40,045 nt of DNA from a virus: the IMG/VR virus record IMGVR_UViG_3300025465_000001. The stretch is one strand, 5' to 3'. Shown piece by piece: positions 32,222-40,045 of this stretch (positions are counted from its first letter, which is position 1; the number at the start of each line of letters is the position of its first letter). Made by a program: the position numbers and the translations under genes. The notes beneath the pieces are model-generated. The model was not told the origin of the DNA and searched no databases. It saw nothing but the letters and a program-made list of their open reading frames with translations.

Positions 32222-33777
32222 TATGTAAACCTTCCTTCTGACATACCTTTATTTAAAGCTTCAGCAATAGCGTTAACTAAATCATCGCCTGTGTCTGAAC
32301 CAAATGTTATTGTTTGTTGAGTTGAACCACTCGAGCTTGAATCAGTTAAATCTAATGATGAAGTTTGCTCCTGAAAGTCTTGCTGTGATTGATTGCTAGA
32401 ACTACCCCCTGAACTCGAGCTTTCAGAAACATTGCCCCCACCTTTCGAGGCGCTTCTTAGGTTGGCAAGCTGCGCTATACCTGTCGCAGCAACTACAGCT
32501 GCATTTGCATATGCCTCGTATATATTTGATGATGTTGCAAAAGCTCTCATTATGCCTGTAGCTGTATCTGCAACAATTATACCTGCCTGTATTGCTTTGT
32601 TATCCTCAAGAAAAGCATTACCCAATACGCTAGCAGCCTTAACATAACTACTCTGAACTGAAAGTTTTTCGCTTGCTTTTAACTTTTCCCAGCTAATATC
32701 ATCTTTAGCGCCTTTTCTTATCATTATTTCTAGTGGCTTTATTCCGTCCTCGTAACCATCAGCTAAGGAATTTCCCAGTACTTTCCCTGCGTCGTAACCG
32801 ATATCCTCCATGCTAACACCAAGCAATTCTGACAAAGCCTCAGCAGAGGCTTGCTGTCTTTCGGCTAAAACACCATCAAACGTATCGAGGTCGTTAACAA
32901 AGTCATTTAACGCTGCTTGTGCTAACTTTAACGGGTTTGCTAACGATGTCGCTATAACATTAAAAGTGTCAGCAGTCTTTTGGCCAAGAAAAACAGTGGC
33001 GTTTATAACTGCTATTAATTCTTCTGAGTAATCCGCGATCAGTTGCTTTGACTCTTGGCTAAATATATTCCCTGCCTTTTCAAGCTCTTTGTTTACCTTG
33101 TTTATTTTTTCTATGTCGGCACTTGATATTGTTATATTTAACAAATCAAACTCAGTTCTAAGGTCTTTTAAAGCTTCGCCATTACCCTTTAATAGTGGTA
33201 TCAAGTCTGTCGCGTCACTCGCTACCCCTTCTAAAGCGAACGACATCTTTCCGCCTGATATGCCAGCAGCTTCCATTCGGTTTACCATTGCCTGTAAAAC
33301 CTCTGGGCCACTTAAGCTTTCAAACTCCCTAGCCGCATTTTTTGCCTCTATAGCGGTCAAGCCAAGAACATCAGCAAAGTCTTGGAACCCTCCTCCGCCA
33401 GTGGCTAAAAACTCAGAAACTTTCTCGTTAGTATCTTTTGATATGTCACCTATTTTTTCAAGTGATATGCCGACAGTGTTAGCGGCAAAAGCGAGAGATT
33501 GCATATTTTCAACGCTCTCACCCGCCCTGTTTGATGCTATAGTTAATTCCCTTGAAAATTTACCAGCCTGAGTAACAGCTATAGCTACTGAAGCGGCGAC
33601 AGCCGTAACAGCCGTAGCCATAACTTTTGCAGATGTAGAGAATTTTTTTAAGGAATTGTCAGCTTTTGATACAGAACCGTCGAGATGGTCTATTCTTCTG
33701 TTGGTTTCTTTAAGTTTTGCGTCAAGCTTTTGTGTTTTAGCGTCAAGCTCTATTATTAGTGATTCTGTGTTAGCCAT
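32221..33777 (-). CDS. Tape measure protein
   Basis: 518 aa. Helical and Ala-rich with hydrophobic segments and a Ser/Gly-rich C-terminus. Follows the G/G-T chaperone pair. Confidence 0.8.
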   Translation of the reverse strand: MANTESLIIELDAKTQKLDAKLKETNRRIDHLDGSVSKADNSLKKFSTSAKVMATAVTAVAASVAIAVTQAGKFSRELTIASNRAGESVENMQSLAFAANTVGISLEKIGDISKDTNEKVSEFLATGGGGFQDFADVLGLTAIEAKNAAREFESLSGPEVLQAMVNRMEAAGISGGKMSFALEGVASDATDLIPLLKGNGEALKDLRTEFDLLNITISSADIEKINKVNKELEKAGNIFSQESKQLIADYSEELIAVINATVFLGQKTADTFNVIATSLANPLKLAQAALNDFVNDLDTFDGVLAERQQASAEALSELLGVSMEDIGYDAGKVLGNSLADGYEDGIKPLEIMIRKGAKDDISWEKLKASEKLSVQSSYVKAASVLGNAFLEDNKAIQAGIIVADTATGIMRAFATSSNIYEAYANAAVVAATGIAQLANLRSASKGGGNVSESSSSGGSSSNQSQQDFQEQTSSLDLTDSSSSGSTQQTITFGSDTGDDLVNAIAEALNKGMSEGRFT

Positions 33778-34378
33778 TCTTTAGACGCTCCGTTTTGAAC
33801 TCTTTCAAAGTTTAACATTATGCTTGTGTCGTTTTCTTGCTTATCATTAAGGTCAAAGAGGTTATATATCTCAACAAAATCTAGCGACCAAGCATCATTA
33901 GTTGTTAGTTTTAATTGCTTTACTGCGGCATTAAACCAACTCCAGTAATTAAACTTGAACGGCTCAAAGTCAGAATTTACCCCTCCTCTATATCCTTTTT
34001 TTTTACTGGCATATTTATTGAGAAGTAATCATTAATCTGCACAGCAATATCAAGCATAACCAAGGGCCACGGCTCACTCATGTTATCGCTTCTGTCACTA
34101 GGCAACCAACTAACCCTGTACATAGCATCTTGAATTTCTGCCATAGGTATTGAATCATCAGTTATCAAAGCATGGATAGCATGAGAAGCAGTCTCGAATG
34201 TACAAACATTATAAAATAACTTCATCCTTTCTAGATCATCAACGCCAGATGTTTTTTTACATTCATCTAGGTACATTAAGAAAATGCATTGCAAATCCTG
34301 CCCTGTTTTATCAAAAAAGGACTTACAAGCAGCGAGACTGATCTTAAAAGGATATTCTTTATAGCAGAGCTTAATCAT
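33756..34378 (-). CDS. Tail assembly chaperone -1 frameshift product (gpGT-like)
   Basis: Slippery heptamer A AAA AAG at 34001-33995. The -1 frame stays open for about 80 further codons (GYRGGVNSDFEPFKFNYWSWF...KEWLTQNH) to the stop at 33756-33758, overlapping the TMP start. Confidence 0.6.
33977..34378 (-). CDS. Tail assembly chaperone (gpG-like)
   Basis: 133 aa, between the tube and tape measure genes. Ends shortly after an A9 run containing A AAA AAG. Confidence 0.7.
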   Translation of the reverse strand: MIKLCYKEYPFKISLAACKSFFDKTGQDLQCIFLMYLDECKKTSGVDDLERMKLFYNVCTFETASHAIHALITDDSIPMAEIQDAMYRVSWLPSDRSDNMSEPWPLVMLDIAVQINDYFSINMPVKKKDIEEG

Positions 34379-34800
34379 TAAGCATCTGCCGCTTCAGTTA
34401 TTGTAACAACGCCACTAGAGTTAAATGATAAATCAGTGGTTACTTTTGCACCTTGCGGAATACCATCACTTAACCCAGTAGGAACAAACAAACCAGTAAA
34501 TGACTCATCAGTAACCACACCTGAACCAGTATAAGTCAAAGTATAAGTGTCTTGAGTTCCGGTAAATGAGTCCGCTCGTACCTTTCTAAATTGAGCGTCA
34601 TTATTGTACGTAAACTGACCAGAAAAAACATGCTGCTTAGCTGATAGCTCTCCATCAAGATAAGTTACATTATCACCATAAGACTTATTCCCTATCTCGA
34701 TAGGTGTGCCGCCAAACGTGTGAGTAAAATCACCCTGACCAACAATCTCTCCGGTGGTGTTATTTAGTACGATAGCAGTACCATTTAATTCTTTAGCCAT
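34378..34800 (-). CDS. Major tail (tube) protein
   Basis: 140 aa, beta-rich, upstream of the chaperone genes. Size and composition resemble TP901-1/phi13-type tube proteins. Confidence 0.75.
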   Translation of the reverse strand: MAKELNGTAIVLNNTTGEIVGQGDFTHTFGGTPIEIGNKSYGDNVTYLDGELSAKQHVFSGQFTYNNDAQFRKVRADSFTGTQDTYTLTYTGSGVVTDESFTGLFVPTGLSDGIPQGAKVTTDLSFNSSGVVTITEAADA

Positions 34801-34812
34801 TTTTATTGCCCT

Positions 34813-35226
34813 TTACTTTGTAGAAAATGTTAAGTAGTTGATTGATATATCACGCTTAAACCATGACTCTGATTCTATGCCTGAATTCACATTTGAATCA
34901 AGCGTGCTTACTGTCTGGTTATTATACACTAATTGTTGATTATACCTAAATGCAGTTAATACGTTATCGATAGCCTGTAGTTGCTCGTTGTCATAATTAT
35001 CACTGTTAACACTACAAAAAACACTTACTTGAAATATCCCCCGTTGTTCATCACTTGATGACAGGGTTTTCCCTGTAGCCTCTGTTGTTGCTGGTATGTA
35101 GTAAGCCGCATACCATAAAGGCTTACCCGCAGGATTAAAATTATTGTTTTCAAATGCAACATCAGACAAGTTAACTATTGTTGATAACTGGTTAATAAAT
35201 GCTTGTTTAGTATCAAAATGACTCAT
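34813..35226 (-). CDS. Tail terminator/completion protein (by position)
   Basis: 137 aa, between the gp10-like neck protein and the tube gene. Confidence 0.5.
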   Translation of the reverse strand: MSHFDTKQAFINQLSTIVNLSDVAFENNNFNPAGKPLWYAAYYIPATTEATGKTLSSSDEQRGIFQVSVFCSVNSDNYDNEQLQAIDNVLTAFRYNQQLVYNNQTVSTLDSNVNSGIESESWFKRDISINYLTFSTK

Positions 35227-35645
35227 AACGACCTTATTTTATTTTGCATTTGTATCAGTGTTTTTCTTACCCATCCATCAGGAGCTTGTTTGCTAAACCC
35301 ACCCGAAGTCAAATCACCGCCTGGGATAGGGAATCCGCCGTATTCAAGAACACCAATATAAGGCAGGTTATTTGTATAGAATATCTTTTTATTTAACACA
35401 AGCTTTGGCATTTGCGATAATTGGCGAATAGCAGCCAGCCCTTGCGCTTTGCTGGTTGTAGTGTCTGAAGCTGGAACGCCTAAAGATAAGAACCAGTTAT
35501 TTCTTGCTCGACCAGTATCAGCAGGTGTTGCTTGTACTATATTCGTTAAACCTGAAAGATACACACCTCTAACATTATCGTTAACTCTAAGGTAAGCATC
35601 CTCTGTCATTTTAGTGACTTTCTCACGGCCTAGTAACGGCATCAT
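35223..35645 (-). CDS. HK97 gp10-like neck/tail-completion protein
   Basis: PADTGRARNNW resembles the gp10-family TGxLRxS motif. Overlapping starts and stops. Confidence 0.65.
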   Translation of the reverse strand: MMPLLGREKVTKMTEDAYLRVNDNVRGVYLSGLTNIVQATPADTGRARNNWFLSLGVPASDTTTSKAQGLAAIRQLSQMPKLVLNKKIFYTNNLPYIGVLEYGGFPIPGGDLTSGGFSKQAPDGWVRKTLIQMQNKIRSL

Positions 35646-36013
35646 TTCAACCTTACTTGTGGGAGGTAAGCTAATGTATCAGATGTTGGAGCTATCACGT
35701 TAATTGATACTACGTAGTACGTTAACGCGCCTTGTGTGATTGTATCGCCTTGCTTGATTATATTTACATTATCACAAATCAGCTTTCTATCGCCAGCAAG
35801 AATATTTATATCAAAAAGCTTTGCATCGTAATCGATAAAGATAGCATTAACCAATTCAACTGCTGAAGTGGTTGTTGTGCCGGGGTTTATCGGTGTGCCT
35901 GACGTAGTTGATTTTTTAACAAGGTACACTTTATCACTAGTAGGAGAGCCAGTTTTAATCTGTGCTCGCTTTAAGCCAGCTTTAATCCTTTTTTGTATCT
36001 GTGCAGCACTCAC
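35642..36013 (-). CDS. Head-closure protein (by position)
   Basis: 123 aa. GTG start embedded in a GTGA overlap with the upstream stop. Confidence 0.5.
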   Translation of the reverse strand: MSAAQIQKRIKAGLKRAQIKTGSPTSDKVYLVKKSTTSGTPINPGTTTTSAVELVNAIFIDYDAKLFDINILAGDRKLICDNVNIIKQGDTITQGALTYYVVSINVIAPTSDTLAYLPQVRLK

Positions 36014-36843
36014 CCTAAAAACCCCATACTTTCTTTATATAATCCACCACCACTTAAACCAGCGTTAGTGTAAGGTTTTAATACCCTAGATACCGCTGGC
36101 ATTTGTGCAAGTGTTGGAGTGCTTGAGCCTGATTGATATGACTCAGAGTAAGCGCCGTTGCCTACACTAAACCCTGCTAGATTTGCGTTATCTTTTACAG
36201 CGTTAGTATCAACACCATCGTTAATAGAAAAAGACGCTAACATTTGCGCGTTTTTAAAGTCTTGTGGTATTGAATCGTTAGCAACTAAAGCACCGTAAGC
36301 GTAAATATAATTACGAGGCATAATGCCCGTTTGTGTTTGAGGTGTTACGCGTGAGCCTTGTAATTGCTGCTCATAAGTAAAGTTAAGAAAGTCGTAAGCA
36401 TTAGCAAGGTTAGCTTCTCTATCTGGCTGTGTAGCTGGTATAGAGTAACCTTTAAGTTTCGCGTAAGCTTTGTATTCATCATCAGTTACAAAAGAGTTGG
36501 CATTAGCGACAACTGAACCATCTTCGATAATTAACTGAGTGCCGATAGCTACAACAATTTGATCACTATTAGCCAGTTCACGCGAGGTAATATCAGTGCC
36601 TAGTACACTAGCACCATCGAAGTATGTAACAGTTGAAAATACTTTGCCGACCTCTGCTGTTGCTGATAGGTTTAATGATAATTCTGTTGCAGATGTAACG
36701 ATAACAATTAAAGGATCGTTAACCAATGTGTAAGACTCAGCACCAAACTGAACTTGAATGTCAGTGGCGGCGGTTAAGTCTATACCACCGAATACATAAA
36801 CAACTAAATTATCTTTATTGGCTATAACTAAATTTTGAGACAT
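36010..36843 (-). CDS. Head-tail adaptor-like protein with an N-terminal beta-rich extension
   Basis: The C-terminal half (DDEYKAYAKLKGYSIP...NAYDFLNF...MPRNYIY) resembles gp6/DnaT_2-type adaptors. The N-terminal ~110 aa are Ig-like by composition. Confidence 0.5.
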   Translation of the reverse strand: MSQNLVIANKDNLVVYVFGGIDLTAATDIQVQFGAESYTLVNDPLIVIVTSATELSLNLSATAEVGKVFSTVTYFDGASVLGTDITSRELANSDQIVVAIGTQLIIEDGSVVANANSFVTDDEYKAYAKLKGYSIPATQPDREANLANAYDFLNFTYEQQLQGSRVTPQTQTGIMPRNYIYAYGALVANDSIPQDFKNAQMLASFSINDGVDTNAVKDNANLAGFSVGNGAYSESYQSGSSTPTLAQMPAVSRVLKPYTNAGLSGGGLYKESMGFLG

Positions 36844-36901
36844 AAAAAAAGCCTTATTAAATATATAAGGCTAGTTTAACATAAATTTTTATTAATGTAA
36901 T

Positions 36902-38176
36902 TTATGGCACATCATTAACTATTGATGCACTGGTCATGCTATTCATAGTAAAATTTGTTCCGCTTATATTATCTGATAATGTCGGATATGTATCACCATC
37001 ACCCATGCGCCACCAATGAGCAGGGGCAGCCCCCAGCAAAGATAAGTCAAAGGGTGAGCCTGAATTATATATACTACTAACGTTTGCACTTTGGTCACTG
37101 CTCCAGATTGCTACCTCATCAAGTTTTACATCTCTTAAAGATTGCGACTGTCCCGACTTGCCAACCATAAACACGCTGCCAGTTATAGCATTGGTGTATC
37201 CGTAGTTGTTGTTAGTGCCTGTTTTTGTCTGTGAAACTCCATTAATAAACATATTAAAACGGTTGTAATAATCATTTATACTCCCTGAACCTGCGCCCGT
37301 AGTTCCTCCATCGTATGTTATAAGGCAATGCGCCCAAACACCCGCAGGCAATGAATTATCTGGGGTTTGTAATTGCAATCTATTTGAAGATGTCCCATAC
37401 CTCATCCATAAGCTATCTTTATTACCAACAAGCCTTATATCAATAACAGCACCGCCTGACGTATAAACTCCGCCATATAACATCACACCTTGGTTGTTAG
37501 CGTTAGTTGAAGGCTTTACCCAAAATGATATTGACCAAGCATCAGACGAACCCGAGCCATTACTAGCCCTGCCTAATGTGCTTTGCAGCGCTCCAGCACT
37601 AGCTGATAAAAAATTATTTAAACCAAAGTTTACTGATTTTGTATTGGCAAATGCTGGCGTATCAACTGTTAGAACAATGGTTTCGCTATCCTCACCATTA
37701 TAATTAATTGCTTTTACGGGGATGTTGTACGTACCACTAACCAAGCCAGAGCCGCCTATTAATTTCCTCGGATTGCCCTCGACTGTTGTAACACCTGAAA
37801 CGTTCGATAAGTCCCATTCATAACCCACCCCGTAATTAGAAGTTAGTTCATAGTTTATTACTGAACCCTGAACACTACCAAGAGTTAACGGGCTGGTTAT
37901 TGAAGGCAGATTAGTTGTCGGGGTTCCTGAGCTAGAAAAGATAGCGTTTAAAGCATCGCAAGTTTCTACCGCGTTTTCTCCGTAAGTATTGCCTGACTCG
38001 TCAACATATTCAGAAAATGATATACCCGTGGTCACTTCTATGCTTCTAGCTGTGTCCGTTATGGAACACGATCCATTGTCAACCGATGCCTGCAAGCTAT
38101 TTAAAAACTGCGCTCCGTTTGCGTCCTCGATAAATATAGCGTTAGCTGAACTATCTTTGTATATTGTAATACTCAT
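36902..38176 (-). CDS. Ig-like (He_PIG-type) plus LamG/concanavalin-like domain protein
   Basis: ITSPLTLGSVQGSVINYELTS...SGTYNIPVKAINYNGEDS is Ig-like. WSISFWVKPS...LDEVAIWS matches the LamG_3-type signature. Confidence 0.65.
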   Translation of the reverse strand: MSITIYKDSSANAIFIEDANGAQFLNSLQASVDNGSCSITDTARSIEVTTGISFSEYVDESGNTYGENAVETCDALNAIFSSSGTPTTNLPSITSPLTLGSVQGSVINYELTSNYGVGYEWDLSNVSGVTTVEGNPRKLIGGSGLVSGTYNIPVKAINYNGEDSETIVLTVDTPAFANTKSVNFGLNNFLSASAGALQSTLGRASNGSGSSDAWSISFWVKPSTNANNQGVMLYGGVYTSGGAVIDIRLVGNKDSLWMRYGTSSNRLQLQTPDNSLPAGVWAHCLITYDGGTTGAGSGSINDYYNRFNMFINGVSQTKTGTNNNYGYTNAITGSVFMVGKSGQSQSLRDVKLDEVAIWSSDQSANVSSIYNSGSPFDLSLLGAAPAHWWRMGDGDTYPTLSDNISGTNFTMNSMTSASIVNDVP

Positions 38177-38718
38177 TGTTTTATCACCTGTATAGCTGAA
38201 CCTGCATTGACCAAAGTGCCGCCAGCACTAAGCCGCACCTCTAACCCTATGTGATAATCTCTGGTGTTAGTGTCTCCCATGTATATCATATCTGGAACCA
38301 ATGAACGCCTATAGCCAATGCCCGAACCACTATCCAGCCTACCTATGATTTTTTCTAGTGTGTAAGCGCCACCGCCATCACCTAAAGTATATCTAAACTC
38401 CAATAATGTATTATTAGTGTTTGGCGTGACAGTAAAGTCATTTCTTATAAGTATTGTAGATCCCAAAGGTAATTCAGTTGGATCTACTTTGCCCGTCGAG
38501 ACATCCATTAATTCAGTAACGCCACTAGGCTTATAATCTTTGTTAGTAAATGCACCTAGCCCGTCATTTGGCAAGGCTGTCCATGTATCCGCAGAAAGTG
38601 CCACAGGCGATGCTGTTGTTGATGTATCGTTATAATCAATAAAGCCGTTAGTTCCCGACCCTCCGCCACCCTCTTGAGCAGCAAGTATTTGTTCGAGTAG
38701 TAAGTTTACACTTGGCAT
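38173..38718 (-). CDS. Hypothetical virion-associated protein (181 aa)
   Basis: ATGA overlap with the LamG gene. Beta-rich. Confidence 0.55.
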   Translation of the reverse strand: MPSVNLLLEQILAAQEGGGGSGTNGFIDYNDTSTTASPVALSADTWTALPNDGLGAFTNKDYKPSGVTELMDVSTGKVDPTELPLGSTILIRNDFTVTPNTNNTLLEFRYTLGDGGGAYTLEKIIGRLDSGSGIGYRRSLVPDMIYMGDTNTRDYHIGLEVRLSAGGTLVNAGSAIQVIKQ

Positions 38719-38719
38719 A

Positions 38720-38863
38720 TTATCCTCCTATCGCTGTTAGCCAGCTTTGTAATAATGAATTTCTATCGTTACTTATAATTACTCCACCGCTAGCTATAAC
38801 TATACTAACAAGTAAATGATTTAGCATTTCTTCTTCTTCAGTTTTTGATCTATTAGTAGGCAT
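38720..38863 (-). CDS. Possible small ORF (47 aa, not in the track)
   Basis: ATG at 38863. The stop at 38720 lies 1 nt before the next start. Has a hydrophobic centre LLVSIVIASGGVII. Confidence 0.3.
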   Translation of the reverse strand: MPTNRSKTEEEEMLNHLLVSIVIASGGVIISNDRNSLLQSWLTAIGG

Positions 38864-38889
38864 GAATAACCCTCAATTAATTAAAATGT

Positions 38890-38953
38890 GAGGGAATCAT
38901 AAAACGAGGGAGTTTTAGAGGGATTGGTGCGACTAGCTAGTCTAGGGTCCCTC
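38890..38953. promoter_or_regulatory. GAGGGA x3 direct repeats, TCCCTC x1 inverted copy, and the 12-bp palindrome GACTAGCTAGTC
   Basis: GAGGGA at 38890, 38906 and 38918. TCCCTC at 38948. Palindrome at 38931-38942. Lies between the capsid-unit terminator and the next late genes. Confidence 0.35.
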
Positions 38954-38985
38954 AACCCTGTGGCTATTATAGCTTATTTTTACTT

Positions 38986-39012
38986 ATAAAAAAGCCCCGT
39001 ACAAACGAGGCT
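38986..39012 (-). terminator. Intrinsic terminator after the capsid transcription unit
   Basis: Minus strand: AGCCTCG-TTTGTA-CGGGGCT followed by TTTTTT. Confidence 0.65.
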
Positions 39013-39032
39013 TTAATTGCAATAAGATAAAA

Positions 39033-39251
39033 CTACTTACCTTTTTCTTCTGAAACCCTTTTAGGGTCTACTTTTGCTGGTGTGGTATTGGCTTTTCTTG
39101 CAAGTCTATTGCAGTCATTTAAGCTGGCTTGATTTGGTAGCTCAGCAGGATAAAGGGTTGATTTAACCTCTTTTATCTTATCTTCAAGTTTTTTTACTTC
39201 AGCCCATACAGCGTTATTATGCTCTAATTTTGTTAATTCTTTCTTAGCCAA
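39033..39251 (-). CDS. Small Lys-rich protein downstream of the capsid gene (72 aa)
   Basis: TTG start preceded by a strong SD (AAGGAGA, 5-nt spacing). Confidence 0.55.
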   Translation of the reverse strand: MAKKELTKLEHNNAVWAEVKKLEDKIKEVKSTLYPAELPNQASLNDCNRLARKANTTPAKVDPKRVSEEKGK

Positions 39252-39263
39252 GGTATTCTCCTT

Positions 39264-39293
39264 ATAAAATAAAAGTGGGCAATTAAGCCCACT
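39264..39293 (-). terminator. Hairpin and T-run directly after the capsid gene (possible partial terminator)
   Basis: Minus strand: AGTGGGC-TTAATT-GCCCACT followed by TTTATTTTAT. Confidence 0.55.
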
Positions 39294-39325
39294 ATAATTG
39301 GTTACTTATTTGCAACCAATGAGCA

Positions 39326-40045
39326 CTACCCATTCGTTTGTAGGAAACAAATAGGAATATTTTTACGGTCCCATACTCGGTTCCAGTTTGCCGCTGTTGC
39401 AAGCTCTGCCAACGTAGCTGACTGACCAGCAACCGAAGCAGATGTAAACTCAAAACCTAACGGGTGAACAATATCAGCACGACGAGAGTATAAATCAGAC
39501 TGACCGCCACCGTTGCCTTTCTCAGCGCTTCTATCTAGCTCGCTAGGTGTAGTTGTTCGGCCCATGCCAGAGATTACAGAGCCAGCACCGAAGATAACAG
39601 TAGTATATGTCACACGGTTTGTACCAGCTACAGCGCTTAGAGAATCGTCAACAATTACACGTAAGTTTCCATACATTTGAAATAAAGTGTTGTTGTCTGC
39701 ATCGCGAATGAAATCAATCAGTTGTTGCTTGCGTAAACGGTTGTAAACAACTGAGTGCATAGCAATAGCGCTAAAGCCTGACTGATGATCGCCAGCAGTT
39801 TGTTGTGCATCTAAGATTGCATCATTGGAAACCAATTCAGCAGCAGTAGCAGCACCCGCATCATCAGTTGCAATATTTACAACCATATCACTTGAGTCAT
39901 TAGCAACGTTATCATTCAACAAACCCATAGTAGACTGAATTAATCGACGTTCAAGAGCAGTAGCCCAGTATTGACCAATTCGACCAGTAATTGCCGCAAC
40001 TGGATCTTGTAAAGCTAAATCAACAGCCAAATCCATTGTAGACCA
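39326..40045 (-). CDS. Major capsid protein, C-terminal part (continues at 1-415 through the overlap)
   Basis: The ORF is open to the window edge. 39919-40045 duplicates 1-127. Positioned after the scaffold gene in the circular map. Confidence 0.8.
   Translation of the reverse strand, partial: WSTMDLAVDLALQDPVAAITGRIGQYWATALERRLIQSTMGLLNDNVANDSSDMVVNIATDDAGAATAAELVSNDAILDAQQTAGDHQSGFSAIAMHSVVYNRLRKQQLIDFIRDADNNTLFQMYGNLRVIVDDSLSAVAGTNRVTYTTVIFGAGSVISGMGRTTTPSELDRSAEKGNGGGQSDLYSRRADIVHPLGFEFTSASVAGQSATLAELATAANWNRVWDRKNIPICFLQTNG
39919..40045. repeat. Second copy of the 127-bp terminal overlap
   Basis: Identical to 1-127. Confidence 0.95.

Noticed and set aside
1-40045. Lysogeny module (integrase, attP, CI-type repressor), DGR, or retron
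   Set aside because: No ORF shows tyrosine/serine recombinase, reverse transcriptase or CI-like features by eye. Only small RHH proteins and one HTH protein were found. Absence cannot be proven without profile searches.

Overview
The window is a complete, circularly closed genome of an AT-rich tailed phage with siphovirus-type morphogenesis genes. Positions 1-127 are identical to 39919-40045, so the unit genome is 39,918 bp and the major capsid gene wraps the window junction.

Layout:
- A long minus-strand late operon: Zn-ribbon protein, YbcO-like, RusA, two membrane proteins, a displaced fibre/beta-helix trio, ParB-methyltransferase, TerS, TerL. This is interrupted by a plus-strand accessory island at 3839-5397. 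It then continues with portal, MuF-like protein, scaffold, capsid, LamG/Ig protein, connector proteins, tail tube, G/G-T chaperones with an A AAA AAG -1 frameshift, tape measure, Dit-like, Tal-like and tail fibre.
- A minus-strand early module at 13045-19159: RecT, YqaJ exonuclease, SSB, an amino-methyltransferase and many small ORFs.
- A plus-strand replication/modification/lysis operon at 19222-26778: RHH regulator, SF2 helicase, Zn-ribbon/Toprim primase, PAPS-reductase-like protein, minimal C5-MTase-like protein and an M15 endolysin.

I found no canonical tRNA, CRISPR array, integrase, CI-type repressor or reverse transcriptase.

The most unusual signals are non-coding:
1. Two paralogous ~110-nt elements in inverted orientation (12881-12992 minus, 19434-19543 plus). 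Each has a 21-22-bp stem that covaries between the copies, a conserved apical region and a T-tract. Each sits in front of a major operon.
2. A cloverleaf-like, tRNA-like structure closed by a ~25-bp helix (16210-16325). It abuts the SD of the first gene of the recombination operon.
3. A perfect 27-nt repeat placed 2 nt upstream of the start codons of the adjacent PAPS-reductase-like and C5-MTase-like genes.

All protein family names come from motifs and gene order read by eye. No database search was possible.
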